From assembly GCA_964016885.1 (NCBI GenBank), contig OZ024747.1, positions 56,110,001 through 56,174,000 of the forward strand: 64,000 nucleotides of DNA. Direction: 5' to 3'. Both the position numbers and the translations under genes were made by a program. Positions 35,520-50,805 of the stretch are shown in pieces. Source of the stretch: Eledone cirrhosa (taxonomy: Eukaryota). How positions within the stretch are numbered: the first letter of the stretch is position 1; every line of letters starts with the position of its first letter. The notes beneath the pieces are model-generated. The model was not told where the DNA came from, searched no databases, and saw only the letters and a list, made by a program, of their open reading frames with translations.

Positions 35520-36949
35520 TTAATTGATTCATGATAATTTTTCTATTGAAATACGCTGTATTTCAATTAATTAATCAAGGTTTTGGTAGCATTTTCTAAA
35601 GTTAGTAAATATTTAATTAAAAAGGAAAAATCTGCTACTTTTATGAAAGTATTTTGAAAGATTTCAATTTAAATAAGAATTTTTTAGAAATTAATTAATT
35701 ATAAATTTGAGGGAATTTCCTAACCTCAAAATAATATTAAATTTCATTAAGATTGTGTTTGTAAAATTTCTTCTTCATCTTTTCTTCCTTTTCTTCTTGT
35801 TTTCTACTTATTTTCTTTTGTTTACTTCTTCTTTCCATCTTTTCCTTCTTTTGTTCTTTTATTCTCTTATTTTTCTTCTTTTACTTCTCCATCCGCAGAT
35901 TCTTCTTCTTCTTCTTCTTCTTCTTCTTCAATCCATCTCCTTTTAATACAGCTTCTCTGAGAAAATCCTTGTTACATCATCTTCAAAGAACAGGAAGGCA
36001 ACAGAAAAAGAGATAGATTCAGAGAAAGTATCTGGATATCATCAAAATATAGCAACAAGAAAATGCTGATATATATATATATTTTAGGGTGTTTGTAGTT
36101 TGTATGTGCGTATATATATATATGTATAAATATACAAACATCTATATGCATACACTTAAATATATATATATATATAAGAATCTGTGTGCTATTAAAGGAA
36201 ATAATGCTTAATATATTGCAATAGGAGACAACAGCATAGTGAAAATAAATGGGAAAATCTGAATACCAACTTGAGTACGATATATATATATATATATACA
36301 GAGAGAGAGAGAGACAGGGAGGAGGGGGGGAGAATAGGTATTTGTGTAACTATAGTTGCAGGCAGTTTTCCGGTTAAAGCACTCAATATAACTGCATCAT
36401 ATATATATATATATATATATATAATATCTATATATCTATCTCTCTGTCTATCACTCGCTTTGTGCCTATCTATCTATCAAAACATACACACACCCACACA
36501 GACAAATATATATATATGTATAATTTGTAGGGGTAGGGAGTATGTATGCATATATAATTCCAATACACAAGAAAATCTTGACTCTACTTATAAAATATCA
36601 GTAATAAAGTGAACATGTTTCAACGTTACTCTTAAAGTCAAGTCTATTAATCTGATCTATAATCACGATTAGGAATACAACCACCATCTACATCATCAAC
36701 ATTTTTATTGTTGCTAACATTATTATTATATTTACAGTATATTTATATAAATATAAATATATACATACATTTTATCTTTTCCAACTCATTTATCAATGAT
36801 AATAACTTTTAAAAAGTATGGGTAAGAATCTGAAAAAAAAAGCATTCCTCAAAAAAGTAAAAAGTAAATCTTTTTGTAGAAATCACGATTAGAGACATAA
36901 GTTGTATTTTCTTAATCATATGTGTATATATATATATACATATAGGCAT

Positions 36950-36986
<37 letters not shown>

Positions 36987-36988
36987 GG

Positions 36989-37059
<71 letters not shown>

Positions 37060-37953
37060 ACACACATATATATATATTTAAAAACTTTTCTGCATTTGTT
37101 TATACATTGAAACAAGATCTTCACTAGAAAATCATTTCGTCAAGAAACTTATCTCACAAAAATCTTTATCCTACCATGTTTCAAACAAAGTCAAATATAT
37201 GTATACAAATATATATACATATATATACACACATACACGGGGGTGTATAAATATAAAAAAGTACAGTAAAGTATATGTAATAAAATAATCAGAAAGCTTT
37301 CGTGATAACCACTTTGCATACCACACCCCACATGCACATATACATATATACATATACATATATATATATATACACATATATATGTATATATATACATACA
37401 TATATATATTCACACATATATATATATATATATGCATATATATATATATATATTTATAAAGTGTATTATGTATGTATGCATACATGAAATGCATGGCCAT
37501 ATTTTATTAACAAGAACATTGTATGTATTCAAACAGAAAGATTGAGTAGAATTTTGTTTCCTTCCTTTACGTGTATATATATTTATTTACTCCTTTTTTA
37601 TCTATCTATTTATTTATCTGTATTTATTTGTTTATATATATATTTATTTATTTATTGGTATTTCAAATACAGAACTAGTTTCTGATAAAATGCTTTTATT
37701 TATTTATTATATAATATAAATATATTTTTTCTTTTGCTTTTTATTTTGGTTAAGAGAGCTACTTAGAAGGGAGATCACTCAGACTAGATGCAATGATTTA
37801 GCTCTGAAAACTCTCACCAAATATGTTTATATATGTACTTATGTGTGTATGTGCAATTATGTATGCTTTTGTGGAAGTGTATGTATGATTGTATATAAAA
37901 TTAATCGTTGGTGTTACTGCTACATATATGTATAGATGCATTAATATATTTAT

Positions 37954-38015
<62 letters not shown>

Positions 38016-38380
38016 GTATGTATATATATATATATATATATATACACATACATACATATATATATATACACATATGTAGCTGTATGTATATATATATATA
38101 AATTAATGTATGTATAATTTCATTTATATTTTGTCCCCATATTTATTCATGATTACATTTTCATACAATTTTTCTTCTGCTATCATTGTTATTGCATTAT
38201 AGATGTTGTTGTTGTTGTTGTTGCTACTGCTACTATAGCCATTCTTTTATTTCTTGTTATGTTTTTTTCTTTTTTTTTTTTGTCATTTCGAATCAGTTGC
38301 TATTTTTCATCTTGTAAAAGAAAACTGAAAACAAATTCACATATTAATATTATTAATCAGAATATAACATCATACATACG

Positions 38381-38441
<61 letters not shown>

Positions 38442-39238
38442 GTGTGTGTGTGTGTGTTTGTATTGAATGTTTTACTCTTCCGAGAATTTCCAGTGTGAAA
38501 TACTCTCCAATAAAACTAAATATAATAAATGTTTGTTATTTTCGTTTTTTATTTATATAATGATATATTTATTCATTCATTTTTTGGCATAAAACATTTT
38601 GCAATAGAGAGATACATATCTGTACTTTTTCATCTTACTAGAATTTTTTTCCCTTTTATTTGTGTATCTCTCTCATTGCTTCTCATATATATATGTATAT
38701 ATATATACATATATATATATGTGTGTGTGAGTTTGTGTGTTTTTTCGTGTATGTGTGTGTACATATATATATATCTGTATATATATATTTGTGTGGGTGC
38801 AGGCATGTCTGTATGTATCTGTGTCTAGTTGTATATATATATATATATATATGTTTATATAATTATGATTGTTATTATTATTATTTAAAACTTTTTATCT
38901 CTAACTGGTAGAGAAGATAAAATATAACAAAAAGCAAATAATAATAATAAAAACAACAACAACATCAAATAATGAAATAAAACAGAAGGATATATTCTGT
39001 GAGAACAAAAACTATTAGGAAAGAAAACTGCAGAAAAAAGTGAAAAGATTAGAGCAGGATAAATATATAAATTGTACAAAAATAAAATAAAATTAACACC
39101 TATAAAGAAAAACAATACATACACATACACACAAACACAAATACACACACACATATATATATATACATATATATACATATGTATACATATATAGATATAT
39201 ATATGCATATATATATATACACACACACTGCATATATA

Positions 39239-39318
<80 letters not shown>

Positions 39319-39739
39319 ATATAAACATACATTCGTGTGTGTAACAAAATTTTGAGGGGCAAGCAGTAAATTGTTTTGTTCTGTCTTTTTGTTATAAATA
39401 ATTTTTTGTTGGGGTGTGTGCTTTAGTTGCTGTTGAAATATCAATGTGAAAACTATATTGAACGGTCATAATACACACAGATGTATCAGTAAAGAATAAG
39501 CATGTATTTTTATGGCTACAGAAATCTAAACAATTTTTCCATGCAGATATTGTCACAAGAATATAAATGTAACACGTTTTGTGGTTTTCATTTTCTTTAA
39601 TATTTAAATTTTTTGTTGGAAGTTTCAAATTTACACATTCATTTTATTGCTTTTATAGATTATCTAATGATGTTTGTTGCGTTTAGATATGGATATATAT
39701 ATATATAAAAATATATGTATATATATATATATATATAAA

Positions 39740-39826
<87 letters not shown>

Positions 39827-39888
39827 ATGAGGGACTCATTTTATTACATGTTATCCATGTGCTACCTGCAGTATTTTTCTCTATATTT

Positions 39889-39971
<83 letters not shown>

Positions 39972-39976
39972 TATAG

Positions 39977-40137
39977 TGGTTGGTGTTAGGAAAGGCATCC
40001 AGCCATAGAAAACCTGCCAGATAGTCCTATATGAGTGAGACATGGTCACACAACCAACCTTGCCTCAAGTGGTACAACTCCCGTCTAACCCATGCTAGCG
40101 TGGAAGATGGATATTAAACGAAGATGATGATGATGAT
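39977..40137 (+). mobile_element. LINE-B-type 3' UTR fragment
   Basis: GTGGTTGGTGTTAGGAAAGGCATCCAGC...TCTAACCCATGCTAGCGTGGAAGATGGATATTAAACG+(GAT)n. Confidence 0.8.
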
Positions 40138-40247
40138 ATGTATATATATTGTTTTTGTGTTTTTATTTCTTAACAAATTCATAAATATATTCAGTTTTCT
40201 TTTCATTACTATTACTATTATTATTTCCATTATTTTTTCTGTTATTC

Positions 40248-40322
<75 letters not shown>

Positions 40323-41254
40323 CATACATGTATGTATATGTGTGCGTGTCTGTGAGCATGCATGCACATTTTTTTTTTACTCTTATAATATGATTCTACT
40401 TCAAAAATATCTTTTATAAACACCTCTTTTGTAATACAATTATGAAAATATTTAAGAACTACACAACGGAAGGTTAAATCGGTTTACATTTCTTGAAATA
40501 TCAAATAGCAGAAGTGTGATGCTTCTAAAGAGTCTTTTGTGTTTCACTTAATTTTTATTTTTGTGGTTTTTTTTTCTATCTTTGCTTTATGTTTTTTTTT
40601 GTTCTCTTTATTTTTATCATTTATTTTCAATTGTCAATACATTATACAACTCTGTTTTCTAAGATGTTGTCACACGTTTCCCCCACCACGCCCACTCAAA
40701 ATCTAACTCAAACTCTTACATATTTCCCCCATTGCAGATGTTCACCTGTGTATAAAGCAACATATTCACAAGATTCTAAATAAATTTTTATTAAACTATG
40801 TGATATTGTCAACCGAATTTGTTCACATATAAAAGAAAATATAAAGAGCTGATGATCAGATCAGACCAAAGAAACAATGTTTCCAATATTCTTACCCTTT
40901 TGAGACTGTCCACTGGTCAACACCTCAAGCAGAAGGACCAACATGAAATAAATTATGTTTAAAAAAAACCTAACATGATACCTGATCTATGAATCAAACC
41001 CACAACCTAACAACTAAACTATGCAGTTTCACTTTTCTCATATAATGGTTCTTATTTTGCAAAATTGCACATAACTTAACAACAGATATAATTCATATAA
41101 GAATTATAGATCAATAAAATAATTATGATAATAAAATTTTGATTATAATTTGAAGCCGATGAGATTGTAAACAAGGTTTTATTGTTGTATTTGGTTACCC
41201 AAGTGATAAACAGTGGTTTATTACTTATTCTGACAGTTATACTTTGTTATTATG

Positions 41255-41301
<47 letters not shown>

Positions 41302-41649
41302 ATAATAAAAATAATGATGAAGTCTTCAATATAACATACATTTATTGTTTAATAGCTGTTTCTGTAACAATCCTATTTGCAGCCTTGCTATTATACAATG
41401 ATTTTTACACAGGGAATATCATAACTAATTATAGCTAGACTCGATGGAATTTGTTACTTCATCACATAGATATAATAGAACTGAATTCAATATGTATATA
41501 TATATATATATATATATATGTATCATCATCATCTAGCAAGATTTTTAATGTTCCCTTTTCTATACTCACAGGGGTTGAATGGGATGTTTTGAGACAATAT
41601 TTTACAGACCTACTGTAATGTTGGACCAATACTTGACACTATTTTTTTC

Positions 41650-42250
41650 TAGTTCTACATTCTTAGTTCTAATCTCATTATGGCCATCTTCACCTTTCAT
41701 TCTTTCGAAGGACAAAGTACCAGTTTTGTTATAAGGTGAATTTAATCGGCTTTCAGCAAGACATGGTCATCTGACCTCAACTTTCATCAAATAGGACAAC
41801 CTGTCTAACCCATGCTAGCATAAAAAATGGACATTAAACCATGATGATGAGGATTCTTCTCTCCTCCCACCTCATGTAAAATTCCTGGCTTTGTCCCTAA
41901 ATTAGTAAATCATTAAAATGTAATATTAGCTTTGTCAGTCATCCTTGTGGGATCAATAAAATAAAGCACCAGTGAGTACTGGGGTCGATTTAATCAGCTT
42001 TCCTCTCCCCTTCCAAATGCTGGACTTGTACCTAAATTAGAAACCATAGTTAAGTTGTTCTAAGAGGTCGGTGGATTAGCAGAGTTGTTAGAACATCAAA
42101 TAAAATGCTTTGCAGTATTTGTTCTGACTCTTTACATTCTGAATTCAAATCCTGTGCAAGTCAACTTTGCCTTTCAGCAATCTGGAATACAATAAAATAC
42201 CAGTAAAAAACTGGATTTGATATAATCAATTTTTCACTCCCTCGTAATTT
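41650..42250 (+). mobile_element. Cluster of decayed SINE B copies with a nested LINE-B tail (41755-41850)
   Basis: Repeated AAAGTACCAG / GGGGTCGATTTAATC / TTCTGAATTCAAATCC motifs; TCTAACCCATGCTAGC at about 41804. Confidence 0.65.
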
Positions 42251-42255
42251 AGGTT

Positions 42256-42460
42256 TCTTCTTCTTCGCACCACTTATTCCTGAGAGGGTTGTGGGGACAG
42301 ACTCCTTCCAGCAGGTCCTGTCAGAAGCAGCCATTTCCAACTGATCCAGCTGGATCCGCAAGCATGACCAGCCAAGCTCATGGATGTTATCCAATCATCT
42401 TGCTTTGGGTTTACCCCATGGTCTCCTGCTGGTTGCTTTTGCCTGTAAAATCTGTCCAGC
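42256..42460 (-). mobile_element. 3' fragment of RTE-group LINE related to 16350-17420
   Basis: Minus strand GQILQAKATSRRPWGKPKAR*LDNIHELGWSCLRI..DRTCWK; shares TTTTGCCTGTAAAATCT and GTCCTGTCAGA with 16420-16561. Confidence 0.75.
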
Positions 42461-43486
42461 GAATTTTTCCTTTGAGATTAAATTAGAAATCCTTTTTAAC
42501 TTGGTCTAGAGGAAGAGCTTGTGCCCATTGACATCACTAGCCCTTCATGCTTGCTGTTTTTAACACTTTTTAAACTGTTGTAGTCAAGGACTGTAGGAAA
42601 GATATGAACAGGGAAGGATTTTGTCAAAGTTCATGTCCGTGTGTGAGTGTATTTGTGTGTATGTGTTTATATATGCGTGAATGTATCAGTATATACATTG
42701 TGTAGATGTGTATGTGTATATGTGTGATGGCAACTATGTGTCAAAGGATATATGCCTGTGGGGATCTGTTTGTATATCAATGTATGTGTGTGTCCATGAG
42801 AATGTATGTGTGAATGTATCCATGTGTCAGAGTGCATGTGTGTGTGAATGTGTGTGTGTGTACATTTGAGTATATTTGTGTGTATGCATGTGTGTCAGTG
42901 TTAGCATGTGTGGGTGTATGTGTGTCAGTGTTAGTATGCGTGGGTGTATGTGTCAGTGTGTGGGTGTATGTTTGTCAGTGTTAATATGTGTGTGCCAGTG
43001 TGTATGTATGTATCTGAATCCGTGTGGGTTTAACTCTGAATCAATGTGTGCATATGTCTACCTATGCTGGTGTGTATATCTGTCAATGTGTGCATGCATA
43101 CATATGTCAGTGTGCATGTATGGGCAAGTGCATGTATATGTTAGCGTACATAAAAACATATTCGTATAGAAGCTTTTGGTTATATTCTTCATTGCTATAG
43201 TAACCAAAGCTGCACTTTCCACCCATCAATGCATATTTCTTCAGATTTTTTTTTCCTTTTTTTTATCCCCAAACTCAATGTATCGTGAAGATAAAACCAA
43301 TAATTTTTATGATGGCATCATCCAAACTGCCTTGAAGTAGTCCCTATTAGGTCACAGACCAAGCTGTAGCAATTATCACGCAAGCAAAAAGAAAACACAA
43401 AATAATGAAATAGTAGCAGTTTAGGATAATATTTCATGAATAATAATTCTTTATATTTCGAGAAAGCATAAAGTCACTTATACAAG

Positions 43487-44262
43487 TCCCAGTATTTAAC
43501 TGGTACTTTATTTTATCAACTCCTGAAGAATGAAAGGCAAGTTTGACCCTGACAGTATTTGAACTCAGAATATAGAACATCAAAAGTAAATATGGCAAAG
43601 CATTTTGTCCAATGGCCTAATGATACTGGCAATAATAATTGTTTCTACTTTTTGGCACAAGGCCAGCAATTACCCAGTGCATTACTGGTACTTTATTTTA
43701 TCGACCCCGTAAGGATGAAAGGCAAAGTTAACCTCGGCGGGATTTGAACTCAGAATGGCAAGGGCCGTAACTCTATGCTGGAAAGCATGGCGTCCGACTC
43801 TCTACCAACACTGCCAATAATAATAATAACTGTTTCTACTTTAGGCATAAGGCCAGCAATTTGAAGGGGAAGAGGAAGCCAATTAAATCGACCCCAGTAC
43901 ATGACTGGTACTTTATGTTATCAACTCCGTAAGGTTGAAAGGCAAAGCTAACCTCAGCGGGATTTGAACTCAGACTGCTGTAAAAGGCCATAACTCTATG
44001 CTGCAAAGCATATTGATTGATGTTCTACCGATACTGCCAATCCACCATCCTAATGTTTACTGATTTAGGCACAAGGCCAACAATTTTGGGGGAGGGGGAA
44101 ATCAATGAAATCGACCCCAGTGCGTGATTGGTACTTTATTTTATCGACCCCCGTAAGGATGAAAGGCAAAGTCAACCTCGGCGGGATTTGAACTCAGAAT
44201 GGTAAGGGCCGTAACTCTGTGCGTCAAAGCATGGCGTCCGACTCTCTACCGATACTGCCAAT
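43487..44262 (-). mobile_element. Four head-to-tail SINE family B copies
   Basis: Successive units at about 43487, 43633, 43820 and 44052, each with GAAAGGCAA and TTTGAACTCAGA and ending near ACTG(C/G)CAAT. Confidence 0.9.
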
Positions 44263-44866
44263 AATGGCATTGGGAAGGGTATCTAACTGTAGAGATCTTA
44301 TAAAATATGGAATGTAAGAGCAAGATGAAGTCTTTCCATATTTTCCAGAATATGGATGTAAAATTATGAATAATAATGGTTTCTTACTCAGTCATAAAGC
44401 TAATGATTTGGAGAGGAGGAGAGAGTCAATTAAATCTACATCAGTATGTAACTAGTAATGTATTTTATTGACTCCTCTAAAGAACGAAACACATGAAAAA
44501 TGCCCCCAGTACACTCTGTAAAGTAGTTGACAGTGGGAAGGGCATCCAGCCCTAGAAACACTACCAAGTAAAGTGGCATAATGACCTAACTAGTGCTGAT
44601 GTCTCAATAAAATACACTCGTGTGTGATATGTGGGCTCCTAGATGCTGAATTAGTTTGGTAATTTCCTTGCCTACATGCCAGCATAGGAAACCAAATGTT
44701 AAAAGATGATGATTATATAAATATATATATATATATCATAAAACATGTCTATAGAATCACCAGATAAAATATATACCATTTCCTCTCCCAATTAGCATAA
44801 TTAACTTTTCATTGAGCCACAAAGTGACCCGTTGCAAAACATGTATATATATATATATATGTAAAC

Positions 44867-44897
<31 letters not shown>

Positions 44898-44901
<4 letters not shown>

Positions 44902-45354
44902 TATGTATACGTACATACATATATGTATACAGACGTACAGTAGTATGTATATATATACATACATTCACACATATATATATATATACGTATGGATTCACCG
45001 AACATTTATGATAATGCTCGGTGTGTTTGTAAACAAACATCCCGAATTAAGCCGTACAGTGTTTAGCAACCATCGTTGCCCTTTTGTTCAACACTGACAA
45101 AAGAACGATGTACTAGTTTCAAGCTTATTAGCTATCATCAACCGTATACCTTCCTGCACACCGAGCATTATAATAAATGTTCGGTGAATCCATACGTACA
45201 TATATATATGTGTGCATGTATATACATACTACTGTACGTCTGTATACATATATGTATGTACGTATACATATATGTATGTACGTATACATACTTAACTTTA
45301 AGTAACAGCGATTCTAAGAGTGAGAAATGAAATTTCGTTTCTTTTTTTCCGTTA
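44898..45354 (+). mobile_element. Long inverted repeat plus spacer plus tail in (TA)n (family H5)
   Basis: Arms 44898-45025 and 45157-45294; 131-nt spacer; 60-nt tail. Spacer minus strand reads TTGATGA-TAGCT-AATA-AGCTT-GAAACTAGTA (hammerhead-like). Confidence 0.75.
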
Positions 45355-45477
45355 TATATATATATATATATATTTATTTTTATACATATACTTATATATA
45401 TAATGCAAATGGCATGGGAAAACTACTTTGAGTGAGATCTATTTGTGAAATGGTAATTTGATAATTTTTTCCTAATT

Positions 45478-45552
<75 letters not shown>

Positions 45553-45590
45553 TCTCTCTCTTTCTCTCTCTCTCACTCACACACACACAG

Positions 45591-45622
45591 GACAGACAAG
45601 ATGTTCAGCAGTCATGCAGCAG
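45591..45622 (+). other. Candidate 32-nt exon
   Basis: Long (CT)n tract, CAG|G acceptor, AG|GTATGT donor. No homology evidence. Confidence 0.2.
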
Positions 45623-46979
45623 GTATGTAAAGCTGTCTAAAGATATCTATCTTAAGACAAAATTGACAACATCTATTTATTTACCTAAATGTTTATTTTT
45701 ATGTTTGTCTAGCTGTCAATCAAACTATCTATCTGTTTATCTCTTTGTCTGTCTACCTATCTATCTATCTACATCATTGTCAGTCTATCTACTTACATAT
45801 CTGTCTATCTATCAACCTTACTACATCTCTATTTATTTGTCTGAATAAATTTATAGTTACCTATTTATGTGTATATACCAATGTATCTACTTTTGGAGAT
45901 CAACAAGGATATGACAGTTTCCCTACTGCTGGTGATCTACATAATAAAAGCACCCAGTAGGCGATATAAATTGGTTGGTGTTAGGAAGGGCATCCTGATA
46001 TAGAAAGCTTGCCAAACAAGGGATTAAAAAGACCCTTCAGTTTGTGTCAAAAGACACAACATCTCTTCTGAACTCAGTATGACCATATGTATATGGAATA
46101 CAGACACCTCAGACTATCAGGGAAGTCAGTTACTTTGCTTCAGTAATGACTTGGTTTATGTTGATCCATTCAGCCCTTACTTGCAGGGAAAGCTAAGATT
46201 AAATGATGATACTTATATATATATATAAACAAATTTAACTCAAACATAGAGTTTTGAGATGCAAGTATATTAGAATTCGTAGAAAACATGGGAAAACTTG
46301 GCATATGGAAGCTGTTAAAACAAAAATGTCATTGAAGTGGGATTAGGTAAAACATTACCTCGCAGAATAGAAGTGAGTTGGCGTGAAGAATTGACAGGAA
46401 CAAAGGAATAAAATGGATGAGAGGAGATCACAAGCATTTAAATATACTCATCAGCTTTCAGAGCTGCAATTTCAATGATTTATATATATATATATATAAG
46501 CAGAACATTGAAAATGTTGAAGAGTTCCCCAAAGTTCAGCATGTAACTTTTCCTTCTCCTGTCTAAATTTCCAGCAATGTGGGATTTGTGTGACTTTGTT
46601 AGAGCCAACTTATTTCAAAGGATTTCAAAGAATTGAAAAAGAAAGACAACATACATATATGCAGAAATATATACACGTACATACTTACATACACACACAC
46701 ATATATACAACAATAATATTGTATAAATAAATGGAGAATAGAGAATACGTGAAAGAACATAATTTACGAAGCAAACTTTTAAAGAACTCCTTACATATAT
46801 TCTAAGATTCTTCTCATGTCTTTCCCCCTTTCTTCACACCACCACCCAGTCACTCCATATTCCCCTATTCTTTCTGTAACTAACATTCCACTCCTAGATT
46901 TACCCTACCCCTAACAAACACCCTTTCTCTCTTTCTCTCTTTCTATATGTATCTATCTAGGTCTCTCTTTCTCTCTCTC

Positions 46980-48700
<1,721 letters not shown>

Positions 48701-48970
48701 TCTAACATATATTCACACCTTCATATCTACATGAAGTTCTTGGGTGCAGTTAAGTTAGACACTAAAAACAAATATTACAAACATAAACGAACGTATAAAA
48801 TGTTAGATTTTATAGAAACACCCATACTTATTGTCATTATAGCTTGAACATTAGAATTGTTTCTGCCTCATACTATATAAATATATATAGACACACGTAT
48901 ATAGGTATACCTATATATATATGCATATATGTATATATATATACATATATTTTATATATATATATTATAT

Positions 48971-49319
48971 GGACGCACATGGCTTAGTGGTTAGAGCATT
49001 GGCCTTGCAATCGAAAGGTTGTGAGTTCAATTCTCAGACCGGGTGATGTGTTGTTTCCTTGAGCAAGAGACTTTATTTCACATTGCTCCAGTTTACTCAG
49101 CTGTAGAAATGAGATAATAGGGGCTGGGGGTCCATATCATTCCACTGCAAAGTGGTCGTGGAGGTGCCACGGCAAAAAAGCACCCAGCACTCACTGTAAA
49201 TGAGGTTGGTGTTAGGAAGGGCATCCAGCTGTAGAAATCAAGCCAGAATCAGTTCCCACCCGTCCCACCCTTGCAAGCAGGGAAAAGTGGACGTAAAATG
49301 AAATGATGATGATGATGAT
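48971..49319 (+). mobile_element. Full-length SINE family A
   Basis: Near-identical to 4457-4800 and 14003-14343; inserted in (TA)n. Confidence 0.93.
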
Positions 49320-49672
49320 ATATATATATTCATATATATATATAGAGAGAGAGAGCTCCTAACAGAAACAGCCTTTTCTAAATTATCTTGCTACACACAC
49401 ATATACATATGTGTGTGTGTGTATTAGAGAAATCTGAAAAAGTGAATTGAAGAAGACTGAACTGGTTCGGTGAGGAGGACTCTTTAGCTGTGTCTATGAC
49501 GTGACAACCTTCCTAATGCTAATCACATGATAAAATACACTCTGTAGTGAACATATCACACAGGTTGCCAACTCATTTGAACATTCAGTAGGATTCAGAA
49601 ATGTCCACTCTCTTGCTTGTAGGACAACCAAGACATTGAATTATGACGACAGTAATATATATATCTATCTAT

Positions 49673-50187
49673 CTAAGGCGGGTAAAATTCCCAAGATCCA
49701 TGGACGAGTTCTCTCCAGCGGTCTCTGTCCCTTATTATCGCTGCCATATCTTGCATCTCCAACAGACCAGTGTCTGTCCTTAGGGCATCAACATACGTTA
49801 ACCTTGGTCTTCCTCTTCTAGTGTGTCCATGTAGGGGCTCCCACAGGAGCACTGAGTGCAATGTCAACTCTGGATGTCGGTGAGCATGTCCAGCTAACCT
49901 CAGTCTCTTCTGGTTGAGAGGAAGAGCAAAGCCTGGGCGGCGTGCCACAATTTGAGATCGGTGTGGAAGTCGGACCTTTGTAAAGACCTGAAAATCTGCC
50001 TCTTCATTGCTGTAGTGGAGTCTGTGCTGCTGTACGGGTCTGAGACTTGGAAACTGACCAAGAAACTCACTCAGATGGTGGATGGGTGCTACACGAGAAT
50101 GCTGAGGATGGCTCTGAACATTAATCAGTATACACTGAGGATGAAAAACTCAGAGCTGTATGGGAGCATCCCAAAAGTCAGCTCAAA
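49673..50187 (-). mobile_element. RTE-group LINE 3' fragment with inverted 5' segment (fourth family)
   Basis: Minus 49673-49916: QKRLRLAGHAHRH..LLWEP..RRGRPRLTYVD..DRDRWR. Plus 49917-50187: RAKAWAACHNLRSVWKS..VLLYGSETW..GCYTRMLRMAL..LYGSIPKVSSK. Confidence 0.9.
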
Positions 50188-50214
50188 ATATATATATAGA
50201 TATTAAAATATATA

Positions 50215-50475
50215 TCATCATCAGCATCATTACCATTTTACAACCATTTTTCCCTGCAGGCTTGGGTTAGACGAGCTGTCCTGTTGTGGGCAATGCTTGC
50301 TCATACAGAACTGATGTTAGCTTGGTTTCTACAGTTGGATGTCCTTCCTAATGCCTATTTCATTTACAGTGAATACTGGGTGCTTTCTGTTGTGACACCT
50401 ACACGACCACTTTACAGTGTTGACTGAATGCGTTTTATCGTGACACCTAGACGACCACTTTACAGTGTGGGTTGG
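50215..50475 (-). mobile_element. LINE-B-type 3' UTR fragment
   Basis: GGGTTAGAC..CTGTCCTGTTGTGGGCAA and two CGACCACTTTACAGTGT modules, as in 4129-4430. Confidence 0.78.
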
Positions 50476-50765
50476 GGGCTTAACTTGATGTATACTTTGG
50501 CCTCTCCTTATGGGAGATGTATCAAAGGGTGGGGTAGGGTGGTGGAATGCATATATAATATACATTCATATATATATATACACACACACATACTAGTACT
50601 GTAAAAATCTTTTCTATATAAATTCCTATATATATATATATAGTGTATTCTATGTCGTATAGCAAGTATGAAAAATCCTGAATTGTGCTGAACCTTGAAT
50701 CAGATACAGCAAATACAATGCCTCTGTATTGACTTCTATCACTCTGTCTCTCTTTTACTTTTCAT

Positions 50766-50805
<40 letters not shown>

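Noticed and set aside
45303-45314. 12-mer AACAGCGATTCT shared between the H5 tail and the H2 arm
   Set aside because: No extension on either side; cannot be distinguished from chance.
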